DNA of 64,000 nucleotides from Leucoraja erinacea (taxonomy: Eukaryota), in assembly GCF_028641065.1 (NCBI RefSeq), contig NC_073409.1, forward strand, positions 20,398,001 through 20,462,000, given 5' to 3'. Position 1 is the first letter of the stretch. Every line of letters begins with the position of its first letter. This document shows, piece after piece, positions 1 through 12,184 of this stretch. Below the pieces are notes generated by a model that did no database searches, had not been told where the DNA came from, and was given only the letters and a program-made list of their open reading frames with translations. A program made the position numbers and the translations under genes.

Positions 1-702
1 GGTGTCAAATTAGGAAAAGGAGAAGTACAACGAGACATGGGTGTCCTTGTCCATCAGTCACTGAAAGTATCTATGCAAGTACAGCAGGCAATGAAGAAAG
101 GTAATGGCATGTTGGCTTTCATAACAAGAGGAGATGAGTGGAGGAGAAAAAAGGTCCTTCTGCAGTTGTACAGGGCTCTGGTGAGACCACACTTGGAATA
201 TTTTGTGCAGTTTTGGTCTCTAAATTTGACGAAGGACATTCTTGCTATTGAGGGAGTGCAGCATTGGTTCACGAGGTTAATTTCCGGGATGGCGAGACTG
301 CAATATGTTGAAAGAATGGAACAACTGTGCTTGTAAACGCTGGAATTTAGAAGGATGAGAGGGTTTCTTATAGAAACATATAAGATTATTTATGGATTGG
401 ACAAGCTTGAGGCAGGAAACATGTTCCCGATGTTGGGGGTGTATGGAACCAGGGGCCACTGTATAAGAATAATGGGTTGGCCATTTAGAACGGAGATGAA
501 GAAAAACTTTTTCACCCCAGAAGGCAGTGGAAGCTAATTCTCTGGATGTGTTCAAGAGAGAGTTAGATAGAGCTCTTAAAGGTAGCAGAGTCAAGGGATA
601 TGGGAACGGGGTACTGATTGTGGATGATCAGCCATGATCACAGTGAATGGCAGTGCTGGCTCGAAGGGCCGAATGGCCTACTCCTGCACCTATTGTCTAT
701 TG
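1..702 (+). mobile_element. CR1-clade LINE 3' fragment (RT C-terminus + tail), continues left of window
   Basis: ORFs 37-336 and 355-537 give typical CR1 ORF2 end motifs (LYRALVRPHLEY, LIETYKI, RTRGH-like); ends in TATTGTC tail repeats near 691-702. Confidence 0.9.
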
Positions 703-912
703 CCTTCTCCCCATAACTACTGACACCCTTACTAATCAAGAATCTATAAATCTCTGCCACGGCCAATATGATGAGGAGGATCTGATAGCAGACTCAAAAA
801 TTAAAAATCACTTGGCTCCAATTCAATCAGTTGAAAAACGGATCTCTTCCACTGGAAGGTTACAGTACAGTAGGAACATTACAAGAATAAACTAAGATTA
901 CTGAAAGTGAAG

Positions 913-1205
913 TGGCTCAGCGGTAGAGTTGCTGTCTCACAGTGCCAGAGACCCGGGTTCAATCCTGACCACCGGTGCTGTCTGTCCGGAATTTGTACGT
1001 TCGCCCCGTGATTGTGTGGGTTTGCTCCAGGTGCTCCAGTTTCCTCCCACACTCCAAAGATGTGCAGGTCTGTAGGTTAATAGGCTTCTGTAATTTGCAA
1101 ATTGTCTCTAAAGTGTGGATAGTGCAAGTGTACGAGGATCACTGGTCAGCCTGGACTCAGTGGGCTGAAGGGCCTGTTTGCACATTGTATTGCTAAAGTC
1201 TAAAA
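913..1205 (+). mobile_element. tRNA-derived SINE (HE1-like)
   Basis: A-box-like TGGCTCAGCGGTAGAG, B-box GGTTCAATCC, conserved body GTGGGTTT..CTCCAGTTTCCTCCCAC, tail GGGCCTGTTT..CTAAA. Confidence 0.8.
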
Positions 1206-1319
1206 TGTGAAATATAGTTGAGTGTGTTCTTGTCACCACTTGACTAAGTCAAATGTGTGCAATGTATGTATTCTGACATGTAATTGAGTCTGGACGACAA
1301 ACAACATGTAAACATGAAG

Positions 1320-1530
1320 GTAGACACAAAATCCTGGATTTACTAAAGGGGTCGGCAGTATCTCTGGAGAAAAAGAATGGGTGATGTTTTGGGTTAGAAC
1401 CTTTCAGACTTGTTCAGTCCTGAAACGTCACTCATCTTATTTGTCCAGTAATGCTGCCTGATCCGCGGAGCTTCTCCAGCATTTTGTCCCTACCTTCGGT
1501 GCAAACCAGCATCTGCAGTCCCTTCCTACT
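1320..1530. repeat. Palindromic MER6/Penelope-end-like repeat
   Basis: AGACACAAAA..CTGGA..GCAGTATCTCTGGAGA followed by its inverted counterpart (ATGCTGCCTGATCCGC..CTCCAGCATTTTGT); the same family recurs at ~9060, 20990, 35860, 47700 and 48345. Confidence 0.6.
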
Positions 1531-2269
1531 CAACATGCACGGTGATACAAAAAATGTTATTCATCGCCGGATGGAAATTGGTCTGCCAACAGTCACAACA
1601 CACAAGGTACACAAAAACTTGAAATTAAAAGTGCAAAAAAAGAAAAGGACAAGCGACTTTTGGCTGACTGCCGTGTGCACAACGCCTTCACCGGAATAAA
1701 CAACAAACCAACAAACACACGCAGGCTTAATCCCTGGGCAGGGGATTCTAAAACTAAAGTGCCCTCCTTTGTAAACATGATTTGGAAGCAGGAATAACCC
1801 ACTCAACCAGAGGGATAGGTTGGAACAAGAATATGGAACAACAGATACGGCAGGTTCTACTGGTTCAAGGAGCAAGACCTTGCAACACACAGAGCAGTGT
1901 CACACGTAATGGTGGAATGGTAAATTGTAACTTTGTAGATACAAACGTCGTAGCGGAATGATCGGAGAAACAGATCTTCCACCAGAATGACCTGTGATGG
2001 CCAAAAGGTTATTTGCTGATTTGGGATGTCCTGTAATTGTTGTCCATTTCAGTGTGAGAATGGGACACACCTGCATTACTCACCTGTAACATTCAAATGT
2101 ATTTAGCTACAGCACAGTGTTCTGCCCTGACTTGGCTTTTGGTCGGTAAATACATACATACGGATTGAGAACTGCGGTGGAAAATAGGGTTAGGAAGGAA
2201 CTGCAGATGCTGGTTCAAGGATTGTTTGACATAACAGGCACAGCTGTAATTCATTCGAGTACATGTAGA

Positions 2270-2550
2270 TTTAAGAGAGATAGCTTGGAAACAGGCCCAT
2301 CAGTCCACCGAGGCCACGCCGACCAGTGATCACGCCGTACACTCGCGCTCTCCTCCACACTCTGGTCAATTCACACATTGCAGAAGCTAATGAACCTACA
2401 AACCTGCACGTGTGGGGGGAAACCAGAGCATGCGGAGAAAACCAACCCAGGTCACAGGGAGAACGTAGAAACAGCACCCATAGTCAGGATTGAACCCGGG
2501 TCTCTGTCGCTGTCAGGCAGTAACTCTACCGCTACCTCACTGTGCCGCCG
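2270..2550 (-). mobile_element. tRNA-derived SINE (HE1-like)
   Basis: Reverse complement of the 913-1205 family (GGATTGAACCCGGGTCTCTG..CTCTACCGCT). Confidence 0.75.
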
Positions 2551-2554
2551 TTAA

Positions 2555-2790
2555 GGGTGAGGACAGATTTCGGAAGGAGGAGGAGAGTGTAGAGGAGAAC
2601 CGATTTAGTTTCTATTCAAGGAAGACCATAATGGCCCTGAGCCCCTCCTAGTGGGGAACGGTGGAATATACTGATCGTCCATGCTGGGGCAATGGGGACA
2701 TAGGAATTGAAAGTTATTGAATTGTTGAAGAGCTTGTGGGGTGTCTCGGATGTAAGTCGGAAGGGACTGGACAAAGGGGGACAAGGTAGT
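2555..2790 (-). mobile_element. Penelope-like element RT relic
   Basis: Paralogous to 52900-53130, which is contiguous with recognisable PLE RT motifs. Confidence 0.55.
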
Positions 2791-3009
2791 TTCATTTAGT
2801 TTAGTTCAGGGACACTGCACGGAAACTGGCCATTCGGCCCACTGAGTCCATGCCGACCAGAGATTACCGCACACTAACACTATCCCACACACAATTTAGA
2901 TTTTTACCAGGCCAATTAACCTCCAAACCTGAACGTCTTTGGAGGGTAGAGGTAACCCGGAGCACCCGGAGGAAACCCACGCAGGTCACGGGGAGAACGT
3001 ACAATCCGT

Positions 3010-4400
3010 ATGCAAAAAAAGTAATGATGGAAGTGTAAGGTGTGAAAAGCAGGCATCAAAGAGGACGGATATCAAGGGGACAAATTGTACGGGATTAGGG
3101 AACTGTAACATTGGAGTCTGTGCTTGAGTCTGTGGCGTCATGCCCAATGCGTAGGTGTGTGAGAGCTGGCTGGCGCCTGGACTCAGCACGGAAGGACGAA
3201 GTGGTTTAGCGGTGAAGCTAGTTTACAGCAGCATTACCCTAATCGGGATCGTTAAAACAGCTCTCAGTCTTCATCGGAGATCAGGCGAACACTGCAACAA
3301 ACGCAAGTGTGTATGTGAAACCCGCAACAAAACATGGGATAGACACAAAAAGCTGGAGTATCTCAGCGGGCCTTGAGAAAATGAACAGCTCGAGACACTT
3401 CTTCAGACAAAACATGGGTTTCAGTTTAAAGCGTAAAAGTAAAAACACAGTGAAATGGACCAGAAATGGAATAATGTATTTGGAATATTGACTATTGAGT
3501 GAAATCTGGGGCGTAGAAATGCGCGTGCATGGAGAATATAAAATATATGTGTTTTAGATAATATCGAGTATGAAAAAAATAAGCTCTCGGCAAGTTTGTT
3601 CAAGAAAAAAAGAAAATTAAATATTGCTATTCGTTGCCGAAACTGTAATTAGAAAGCATGCATTGTTACAACACAGAGACGGTGGAGAATTTGGAAGTGT
3701 TTTCAACTTACATACCTTGGGTATCAGTGAATTCGATGTAACCTGAATGTTAGAAAGATGTGACTGCGATGGGACTTGAACTCGCGGCTGCAGTGCCTTC
3801 ACCCGCTGCTGAATTAGCAGTGAAACAATCTCCTTCACTGGAGCCTCGGTCTCTGCGACCGCTTCCAGTCCCTACAAGAAAACAAAACGCCGGCCCCCCA
3901 CACCTTGCTCACGTCCTCGAGTAACACAGGAAAAGACTTCCGAATAAATACAACACCCAAGTACCCGCCCTCAAACTGTATCTAAAAATAACCGCAAATA
4001 TGAAAGCTCATTTGGTAAATACAATCGCGATGGAAGTTTCCTTTCCAATGTCGCTGAGATTTCAATCACGGGAAAGTGATCAACGATTTTCAGTTGATGG
4101 GGATAAATTCTAAGATGATCTTTGGTTGTGTAATGTTTGCTTTGATGCAATTATTTTTCATTCCGAGCTGGATGTTTGGTTGCTAATATTTTTTTTTTGT
4201 TGACAAGGACAAATTAAGTTTACTTGTTGCCTCGGAGCCAACACAAGGTTTAACCTCCTGACTCTGTTACCATAGACTTCCAGGAATACAAACTGATGAA
4301 GCGAGTTTTACATTTCCTTAATGCAAATATCAATGAACCAGATGGATTTTATAACAATCCAAAGGTTGCATGGGCTTTACATTTAAAGGTGCTTGGCAGT
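3010..4400 (-). repeat. Conserved inter-UGT block, copy 1 (contains GC-box/splice-donor module 3710-3975)
   Basis: Clearly alignable to 17430-18800, 29447-30530, 32340-33725, 55428-56720 and 59165-60243. Confidence 0.85.
3710..3975 (-). promoter_or_regulatory. Candidate promoter + non-coding first exon (GC box to AAG|GTATGT donor, exon end 3716)
   Basis: Minus strand reads GAGGGCGGG ... GATACCCAAG|GTATGTAAG; position conserved in paralogous blocks. Confidence 0.45.
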
Positions 4401-4599
4401 AGAGAGTAGTGGTGGATGAGTTTTTGTTTTGACTGGGGCACTGTGACCAGTGATGTTCCACAGGGACCAGTGCTGGGACCTTTACTGTTTGTGAATATAT
4501 AAATGATTTGGATATATAAATGAATTGAGTTTATAAATTATTTGGTGGATTGATTAATAACTTTGCAGACAAGCCAAATATTGGGCAGTTTACAAACCC

Positions 4600-4880
4600 A
4601 GCAGTTTAGTTTAGAGGTACCGTGCGGAAACAGGTCCTTTGGTCCATTGAGTTCGCGCAACCAGCGATCCGTCCACATTAACACTATCCTACACACAAAG
4701 GACAACTGACAATTTTCACCCAAGCCGATTAGCTTACACACCAGTGATCTTAGGAATGTATGAGAAAACAGGAGCACCTGGAGACATCCCATGCGGTCAC
4801 AGGGAGAACGTACAAACTCCACACAGACAGCACCCGTAGTCAGTATCAAACCCAAGTCTGCAGCTGCGCCACCGTGCCGC
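4600..4880 (-). mobile_element. tRNA-derived SINE (HE1-like)
   Basis: (TTTAG)n tail on left; SINE body; paralogous copy at 56937-57230. Confidence 0.75.
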
Positions 4881-5254
4881 ACTCTATTAATATTGATTTA
4901 TCTCATCTGAATGGATATTTTTAAGGTGGAGAATGGCAGATTCTTGATTATTACGGGTGTCAGGGGATTTGGGAAGAACGCGGGTAAAAGGGGTTGTGAG
5001 GGGAAATAGATCAGTCGTGATTGAATGGCACAGTAGTTCAATGGGCTGAAGGGCTGAATTCTGCTTCGATAACTTATGAACCAATAAACACCTTTTTCTA
5101 TTGTTAAATTGTGGTTAGTTTTCTGCCTGATTTATAGTTTAGCTCCCTGGTCAGTCAATGGATGCTGCATTCTGACAAACACATTTCACAGTTTATTCAA
5201 TGGTTATAACTCGTGTCATCTAAACTGTCCTTCCCCCTCTACTCATCGCAAACC

Positions 5255-5580
5255 GGTGGTGCAGCAGGTAGGATTGCTGTTGCATAGCACCGGAAACCAG
5301 GTGAGACCCTAAACTCTGGTACTGTCAGTGTGGAGTTTGCACGTTGGCCCTGTGACCATATGAGTTTCGCCCGGTTGCTCCGGTTTCCTCACACATGGCA
5401 AAGATGTGTGGGTTTGCAGGTTAATTGTCCTTTAAGTTGCCCCAAATGTGTCGGGAGTGGATGAGAAAGTAGGATGACATAGAACTAGTGTGAACGGGTG
5501 ATCGATGATCAGCATGGACTAGGTGGGTCGAAGGGCCTCTATCCTCGTGGTATTTCAAAACTAAACTAAACGAAACAAAT
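5255..5580 (+). mobile_element. tRNA-derived SINE (HE1-like)
   Basis: Degenerate A/B boxes, SINE body, (CTAAA)n tail; paralogous copy at 57810-58055. Confidence 0.7.
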
Positions 5581-6098
5581 AAATGGCACGAGTGCTAAGG
5601 GGCACTGTGATACAGAGAGATCTTGGATTGCAAATCCATTGCATCCTGAATGCAACAACACAAGTGCGGAGCGTAGTGAGGTCGGCATAAGGCTTGCCAT
5701 CATCTGTGGGGGCATTGAGTACAGAACGTTCCAATTCATTTTGTACATCACTTTGCCTTGGCCACATTGAGATTATTGCGTCCGTTTCCGCGTTGTATCT
5801 AAAGTGTAAAGGAGGCTCACTATGATAATGTACGACAATAATGGGGCACTGGAACGAAGGCAAACATGCTGACGGATTGAGAGTGAGAGTTGGTATGAGT
5901 GACTGGAAGAGGGAATAGTGCAGTAAAGGTCCACTCTGTCAGTGAATCACAAAGGGTTGTGCCCAGATAACCAAAGGCAACTTCATTGTGAATAACTGTC
6001 AGTAAATTTAAGGCTTCAGGAAAATGAGGTTCATCTATTTACATTTTTCATCTGCATATCAATGCACAAAGGTTATTATTTCACTCACATTTCTGGCT

Positions 6099-6104
6099 TT
6101 TATT
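6099..6104 (-). terminator. Candidate polyadenylation signal of UGT-A
   Basis: AATAAA ~110 nt after the stop, conserved at 16077, 23565 and 38686 in paralogous 3' UTRs. Confidence 0.5.
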
Positions 6105-6213
6105 AGCCCATGTTGAATCCATGTTTTGTGGAAAGGAGACTCCGTGGATCAAAGGCATGAAAAACTTTATTTGATTAATTTGAAATAACAAAATATACCA
6201 AGGGAAAAAAATC

Positions 6214-7812
6214 TCACTCAGTTTTTTGCTTTTTCCCACAAACACTACAACAAAGTTTCTTCAGTATTCCAACCACCAACACAGTGAGCAGGAGTAACAC
6301 AGACAACAGAAAGATCATCACATCTACACAATAGTAAGCGTACCAGGGGAGTCGGTGGGATTCTGAGCGCAAATGCCCCGCTCCTTTGTGTCGGGCAACG
6401 TACTCAACCCAGAAAACGGCTCTCTCCATTGGCGACTCTGGCTGGTCCCGATGGAGAGCGGAGAGTCTCTTCATGTTGTCCCCATAAGATGCGCCGTTTA
6501 ACACCTCGTTGAGTGCCTGCAACAGATCTCTGGAGTGCATGGTTGCAATGTTGATCACTTTTGCTGCTCCTCGGGATTCGAGTCTGACTACATTGTCAAA
6601 CTGGTCAAAAAACAGAGGCATGCCGATCACTGGCACCCCATGGTAGATGGCTTCATAAATCCCATTGGTGCCTCCGTGTGAAACAAAGGCTCGTGTGTTG
6701 GGGTGACCCAGCAGGTCGTTCTGAGGGATCCATTTTGCCAGCAGTGTATTATTCCCTATATTGGGAGGGGTCTCACCATCATATCTCCAGATAACCTTCT
6801 GGGGGATTTGAGATAAAGCGTCTGCTATTTTCATTGTAATCTCCATTGGCAAGGAATTGACCAGAGTCCCCATTGACATTACAACAAGTCCATGTTTACC
6901 TGAGCTTTGGACAAACTCCTCAAACTCTGCTGCCAGAGGCCGTGCTGGTTTACACTGGAAGCCTCCGATGTACACAAAGTTTGGCATGGTGGGTCTTGGG
7001 AATTCAAACACAAAATCCACCCTCATCAGCCACACATCGGCTCTGAGGAGAATCGACTTGAAGTCTGTGTCTGGTCCCAGATACCGATGGCAGATTTCAT
7101 TATAAAGTGGATGTATCAAAAACTCTACAATCAGCAGCTCATTAAGAGTTTGCAGGACATTTTGTGATCTTTGCAGAATATTCATCTTGTCTGTCAAATG
7201 TGAGCCAGTGCGTGGGATGTATGAAGGTGGTGAGGGGGCAGTGAGTAAATGACCTTCCCCACCAACTTGCCATCGAACGTTGTACACCAGCGGCAGTTTT
7301 AAATAATAAGCAAGCATTGAACCCATACCGAATGCCGGATCTGTAAGTATTAACTCAAAATTTGCATTTCCAAGTTGGTTCAACAAGCTATTGTTTTCGA
7401 ATAATGCTTTGATAATCTCTTTCGCCCATTGATGATACTCAAACATAAACATCAACATTTCATATTGGAGATTAATTTTGCCCCAGACTGTTGAGCCTTT
7501 CTGTAGGTTTTCTAATGTTATTTGTACAATATTTTCCAAAAGGTTGTAATTTTCAGATTCTCTTGGCATTTGAATCATAATGGATTGATACAAGTCTGGG
7601 CTCTCTTTGATATACAAGGACGTTGACTGACTGAGCACAGTGATGCTGTGGCCACGAAGGTTCAGCTCTTCTATCAAACATTTCATATTGATCCAGTGAC
7701 TCCCATCAACAGGCACGACCAATATTCTAGCTGCTCGGGTAATTGGACAAGACAAGGTGATGGTGACGCAAAGAACAAATGCAAATCTGCCTTTCCATCC
7801 AGGATTACCCAT
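6214..7812 (-). CDS. ugt5: UDP-glucuronosyltransferase, UGT5-like, single coding exon (copy A, 532 aa)
   Basis: Signal peptide, catalytic His in DGSHW, LTDP Asp, UDPGT signature WIPQNDLLGH..HGGTNG..DQ, C-terminal TM helix and KKQKTE dilysine ER signal; ATG at 7812 aligns with the starts of the other copies. Confidence 0.93.
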   Translation of the reverse strand: MGNPGWKGRFAFVLCVTITLSCPITRAARILVVPVDGSHWINMKCLIEELNLRGHSITVLSQSTSLYIKESPDLYQSIMIQMPRESENYNLLENIVQITLENLQKGSTVWGKINLQYEMLMFMFEYHQWAKEIIKALFENNSLLNQLGNANFELILTDPAFGMGSMLAYYLKLPLVYNVRWQVGGEGHLLTAPSPPSYIPRTGSHLTDKMNILQRSQNVLQTLNELLIVEFLIHPLYNEICHRYLGPDTDFKSILLRADVWLMRVDFVFEFPRPTMPNFVYIGGFQCKPARPLAAEFEEFVQSSGKHGLVVMSMGTLVNSLPMEITMKIADALSQIPQKVIWRYDGETPPNIGNNTLLAKWIPQNDLLGHPNTRAFVSHGGTNGIYEAIYHGVPVIGMPLFFDQFDNVVRLESRGAAKVINIATMHSRDLLQALNEVLNGASYGDNMKRLSALHRDQPESPMERAVFWVEYVARHKGAGHLRSESHRLPWYAYYCVDVMIFLLSVLLLLTVLVVGILKKLCCSVCGKKQKTE

Positions 7813-7838
7813 GCTGGAAATAGAAAATAGCACCGATC

Positions 7839-7868
7839 CTGTTGCAGAATTGACGAGACACGTTAGTA
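7839..7868 (-). promoter_or_regulatory. Branch point + 3' splice acceptor for UGT-A coding exon
   Basis: TACTAAC (7862-7868) then ..CTGCAACAG|GATC; exon would start at 7838, 26 nt before the ATG, the same spacing as in copies C, D and E. Confidence 0.7.
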
Positions 7869-8176
7869 AGCAACACACATTGGCAAAAAACAACATTTAG
7901 AAACAGCTGTGTGTTTTCTTGACATTACATTAAGCAAATCAAATGTGTGTCATAGAGTCATACAGTGTGGAAACAGGACCTTCAGCCCAACATACCCACA
8001 TCGACCAACTACACCAGACCCACCTGCTTGCGTTGAACCCATATCCTTGTCCTATCCACGTACTTGTCTAACTATTCCTTCAACATTGCGAAAGTTCCTG
8101 CCTCAACGACATGCTCCGGCAGTTCGTGCCTTCGGTGCATTCGTATTCCAATTTGGACGTCATGCAAATATGAATT

Positions 8177-8475
8177 GGGGCAGCACGGTGACACAGCGGT
8201 AGAGTTGCTGCCTTACAGTGCCAGAGACCTGGGCTCAATCCTTAATGCGGGTGCTGTCTGTACAGTTTTGATACGCTCTCCACTTGACCTGTGTGGATTT
8301 GCTCCGGATGCCCCTGTTTCCTTACACATTCCAAAGACATACGGGTTTGTATGTTAATATGCTTCACTTAATATTGTAAATTGTCCCTAGTGTAGGGCAA
8401 TGTTAGTGTGCGGGGATCGCTGGTCGGCGCGGACTCGACGGGCTGAAGGGCTCTGTATCTCTAAACTAAAGTAAA
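8177..8475 (+). mobile_element. tRNA-derived SINE (HE1-like)
   Basis: GGGGCAGCACGGTGACACAGCGGTAGAG head, body, (CTAAA)n tail. Confidence 0.8.
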
Positions 8476-8640
8476 TCTGCACTTTAGTCTGTTTGAACTG
8501 TTTTCACTATTTTACTGTTCTTTTACAAACCATGTTCTCGGGGTATCTAAATCTAAATTTTATTGGTTATTTATGTTATGACATCGGATGGAAGCTGCAT
8601 ACCAAATCTCGTTGCGCTTATGTGCAATGACAATAAAATA

Positions 8641-8709
<69 letters not shown>

Positions 8710-8722
8710 TATTATTATTATT
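8641..8722. repeat. (TAT)n microsatellite, tail of a LINE 3'-UTR fragment
   Basis: ~27 TAT units following GACAATAAA. Confidence 0.95.
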
Positions 8723-9269
8723 CTCTCTGTAACCAAGTGGGTTTCCCCCGGGTACTCCGGTTTCCTCCCACATCCTAAGCACGGGCAGGTTTGTAATTTA
8801 ATTGGCCTCTGTAAAATTGTCCTTAGTGTGCAGGGACTGGATGTAAAAAACGTGATAACATGGGACTCGGGTGAAGCTGTGATCAATTAGCGGCATGGAC
8901 CTGATGGGCAGAAGGGCCTGTTTCCATGACGTGTCTTTAAATCAGTCAAAGAGCAGGATTTTGCAATGCACAGAGCAGTGTAACACGGAGTGATGGAATG
9001 ATAAAGTCTCGGTTTACTTACCCAGAAGCAGCAAGTCCTAACAGAATGATTAGTCTGAGTCTGAAGAAGGGTTCCAGCTTGAAACACCATCCATCCTTTT
9101 GCTTCAGAGTTGGTGCCTGACCCGCTGAGCTACTCCAGCACTTTGTGTCTCTTCACATATACATCTGCACAGTGTCATTCTTTTTGCATATATTACACAT
9201 GCAGGCACCACCTTTTAAGACGCCATTGTTCAAAGTCCAAAGTCCGCTCAGCCCGCAAGATCGGTGTTT

Positions 9270-9590
9270 AATTTAGTTTAGTTTAGTTTAGAGATAGAGT
9301 GCAGAAACAGGCCCTTCAGCCCACCGAGACCGCACCGACCAGCAATCCCCGCACATCAACACTATCCTACACACAATAGGGACAAGTTACACTTAGACCA
9401 AGCCAAATAACCTCCTAACCTGTACATCTTTGGAGTGTGGGAAGAAACCGAACATCTCGGAGAAAACCCACGCTGGTCACGGGGAGGACTCACAAACTCC
9501 GCACAGACAGCACACCTCGCCAGGAACAAACCTGGGTGTCTGGCGCTGGAAGGCAGCAACTCTACAGCTACGTCACTGAGCTGCCCAATG
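9270..9590 (-). mobile_element. tRNA-derived SINE (HE1-like)
   Basis: (TTTAG)n tail, reverse-complement SINE body and head. Confidence 0.8.
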
Positions 9591-10409
9591 TACTGGGACA
9601 TTTTGCATGAACCGACATCCCTCTCCATTGATGTGTCCCGGGGGTTGCTCCTGCAGCCGACATTGAAGGCGCTGGAGGCAATATCACGGTTTAACCCGGC
9701 CCACTCCTAGCGTCCGACGTCTCCACACAGAATGATCAGAGAATCACAGCTTCCAGCACAATGACTTGGCCGCTGGGTCGTTTGCTGATTTGTGGTGCTC
9801 TGTAATGTTTGTCTATCTCACCTTCTGGGGGTGAGTGAAATGTGCCAAATATTTTTTTTTTGCGGTGAACTCAACTGATCTCAGATCAGTTAGTACCAGA
9901 TATTTGTTGCAGAAGACAAAATGTCACGTCGACTACCTTATATTATTAAATAAACGGTTTAGCTTCGGGTTCTTTCTTGAGAATTTAGGAGAACTGCTGA
10001 AGTGAAAAATACTAGATATTGTTGTTTGCAGCATTGGGAGTTAGATCAGCATTTGAGGCTGAGGTGTTGTCCCGCTGCAGGCAATATTAAACAATTCTAA
10101 ATTCGCAAGGAAGGTCCCCACACAAAACCACCTATTTCTGTCCTCCACAGATGCTGCCTAACATGCTGAATCACTCCAGTACTTGGTGTTCCACGTAAGC
10201 AGTTCCTTGAATCTCCACAATCCTTTTTTTGTTAGATTAGCAGGCAACTTCCGTTTCCAACCTCACTGGCCTGTGGTTATAAAGGCTCTGTTTAATTAGT
10301 CTTTGTGGTTTGAAACAAATGCATCTTGTGTATTATTCGACAGAACCCGGAAAGCGAGAGCTTTCTTCTGTCTTGTTCAGGATCGCACATAATGTGGAGC
10401 AGAGTATGC

Positions 10410-10685
10410 GCTGGCGCAGCGGTAGAGTTGCTGCCTCACAGCGCCAGGATCCCGGGTTCGATCCTGTCCATGGGCGCTGTCCTTACAATTTGTACATTCT
10501 CCCTGTGACCACGTGGGTTTTCTCCTGGTGTTCCAATTTCCTCCAACACTCCAAAGATTGTAGGCTAATCGGCTCGGCTCGGTATAATTGTAAATTGTCC
10601 CTTGTGTTAGTGTGTGGGGATCGCTGGTCGACGTGGACTCGGTGCCCCAAAGGGCCTGTTTCTGCGCTCTATATCGCTAAACGTT
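10410..10685 (+). mobile_element. tRNA-derived SINE (HE1-like)
   Basis: TGGCGCAGCGGTAGAG head, GGTTCGATCC B-box, body and tail. Confidence 0.8.
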
Positions 10686-10689
10686 AGTC

Positions 10690-11110
10690 ACCACATCATC
10701 AGTCCTCTACGCATCACACTGCCTCGGAAAGGCAGCCAACATAATCAAACACTTGTCCCACCCCGCTTCCCTCTGCTTCTGTCCGGCTGAAGGTGCAGAT
10801 GATTGAAAGCGCGTACCAACAGTCTCAGGAACAACTTCTTCCCTTCTGTTATCAGACTTCTGAACAGTTCTTTCATAAGCCAGGGGTCTGATTCACCTCA
10901 ACACCTTGTAAACATTGGACTTTGGCAATGGAACTAATGCATTACAATTCCGAGAACTATATTGTGCAATATGTGCCTTCCCCCTTGCTCTATTGATTGC
11001 ACTTTGTTTGAACTGATTGTATCGAAGAATGGTATATCTGATCTGATACGGGTAGCATGCAAAACAAACATTTGCACTGCACATCGTACATGTGTCAATA
11101 ATACACCTAA
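10690..11110 (+). mobile_element. Rex1/Babar-like LINE 3' fragment, degraded
   Basis: Encodes remnants of CL.KA.NII...SHP and R....RNNFFPSVIRLLN, followed by a TTTGCACTG..ACATGTGTCAATAA-type 3' UTR. Confidence 0.65.
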
Positions 11111-11611
11111 ACAGAAAACTAAACAACATATTTGCCGCAGAACCTGTTCCACATCTTTCTGGTATGTCTATCTTTAGCCACCACCCCTGTTTGTGAATGG
11201 TAATATTTCAGGTACAAGGTGGCCATCTTTGTAGCTCATATTTACAGTCATTCCCTCTTTGTGGTTTAACCATACGTTCAGCAGAGAAAACAGAGGATGC
11301 TGTGCTCCAACAGCAGTCCTGTTGCAAATACCTCTGAATGCTGTGGGTTGAGTAATGTTGGTATCTCTCATTCTCCAGGGCTGCCAACATTTGGTGAGAA
11401 CAGAGAGTGAAAAAATTGCGAGGGAGTGTAGCAACCGAGGGGGGGGGGGGGGGGGGGGGGATGGAGGACACCCCACTCCCATGGTAGGGAGCTTTTGCAT
11501 TTTTCAGCGTGAAATTATGCAATCTGGTGCATACTGTAGCAAATCTGTTAACTTACACTTGAATGCAACATTTATGCTTCAAATTGTTTCTGTAAAAGTC
11601 TGTTTTACTGT

Positions 11612-12178
11612 TGTGATGCGCTCCCTCTGCTGGTGTTAATTATGTACTAACCCGTTTCTCTGATTTCCATTAGTACCTCCTGCTGCCTGGCTGCTCCTGT
11701 ACCTGATTGGAGGCTTCTGGCCCAAGCTGCACCACGTGAGCCTGATGACTGAGCCTCAGCTTAAAAAGACCATGTGCACTGGCAGTCTCTCTCTGTCTCT
11801 CTCTTCCCCCTCAGACTGGTGGCAGCAGTCTGGTGTTGGTTTAGTTTGTTTGATTGCATAGTGTTCTTTATGTAGCTCTTCATTCTGTATTAACTTATTT
11901 TGCTTGGGAAGGATGGGACTGGCATTATTGTTTTTGTGGTTTTGTTTCAGATTTATTTTCACACTGAGGCAGGTTTAGAGTCTCTGGTCCGACGGCCCAT
12001 TGAGTGGTCAGCCAGAGCACCCTTTATCTTTTGTTTGCTAGCCCATCCGACCCCTCTTTGTTTGTTTGATCCAGGTTTAGTTCTTTTTGTTAGTGAAAAA
12101 TAAATAATTTTTCCATTTGAACCTGGTTTTGTATTATGTTATTGGCCTTTGAGGTATTTGATTTTGGCGGCCGTAACA
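11612..12178 (+). repeat. 5' LTR
   Basis: TGTGATGC...CCGTAACA, direct repeat of 13380-13890, contains AATAAA. Confidence 0.88.
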
Positions 12179-12184
12179 TAATTA

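Noticed and set aside
913-975. tRNA genes at SINE heads
   Set aside because: A/B boxes are present but there is no complete cloverleaf, and each continues into a SINE body and tail.
6857-7167. Recurrent antisense ORFs within UGT genes
   Set aside because: Shadows of the conserved sense frame; their lengths vary between copies.
7813-7896. 28-aa N-terminal extension of UGT-A in the ORF track (560 aa)
   Set aside because: It runs through the branch point and acceptor; the ATG at 7812 aligns with paralog starts and gives a normal signal peptide.
8560-8890. Poly-Ile / poly-Tyr ORFs
   Set aside because: Translation of the (TAT)n microsatellite.
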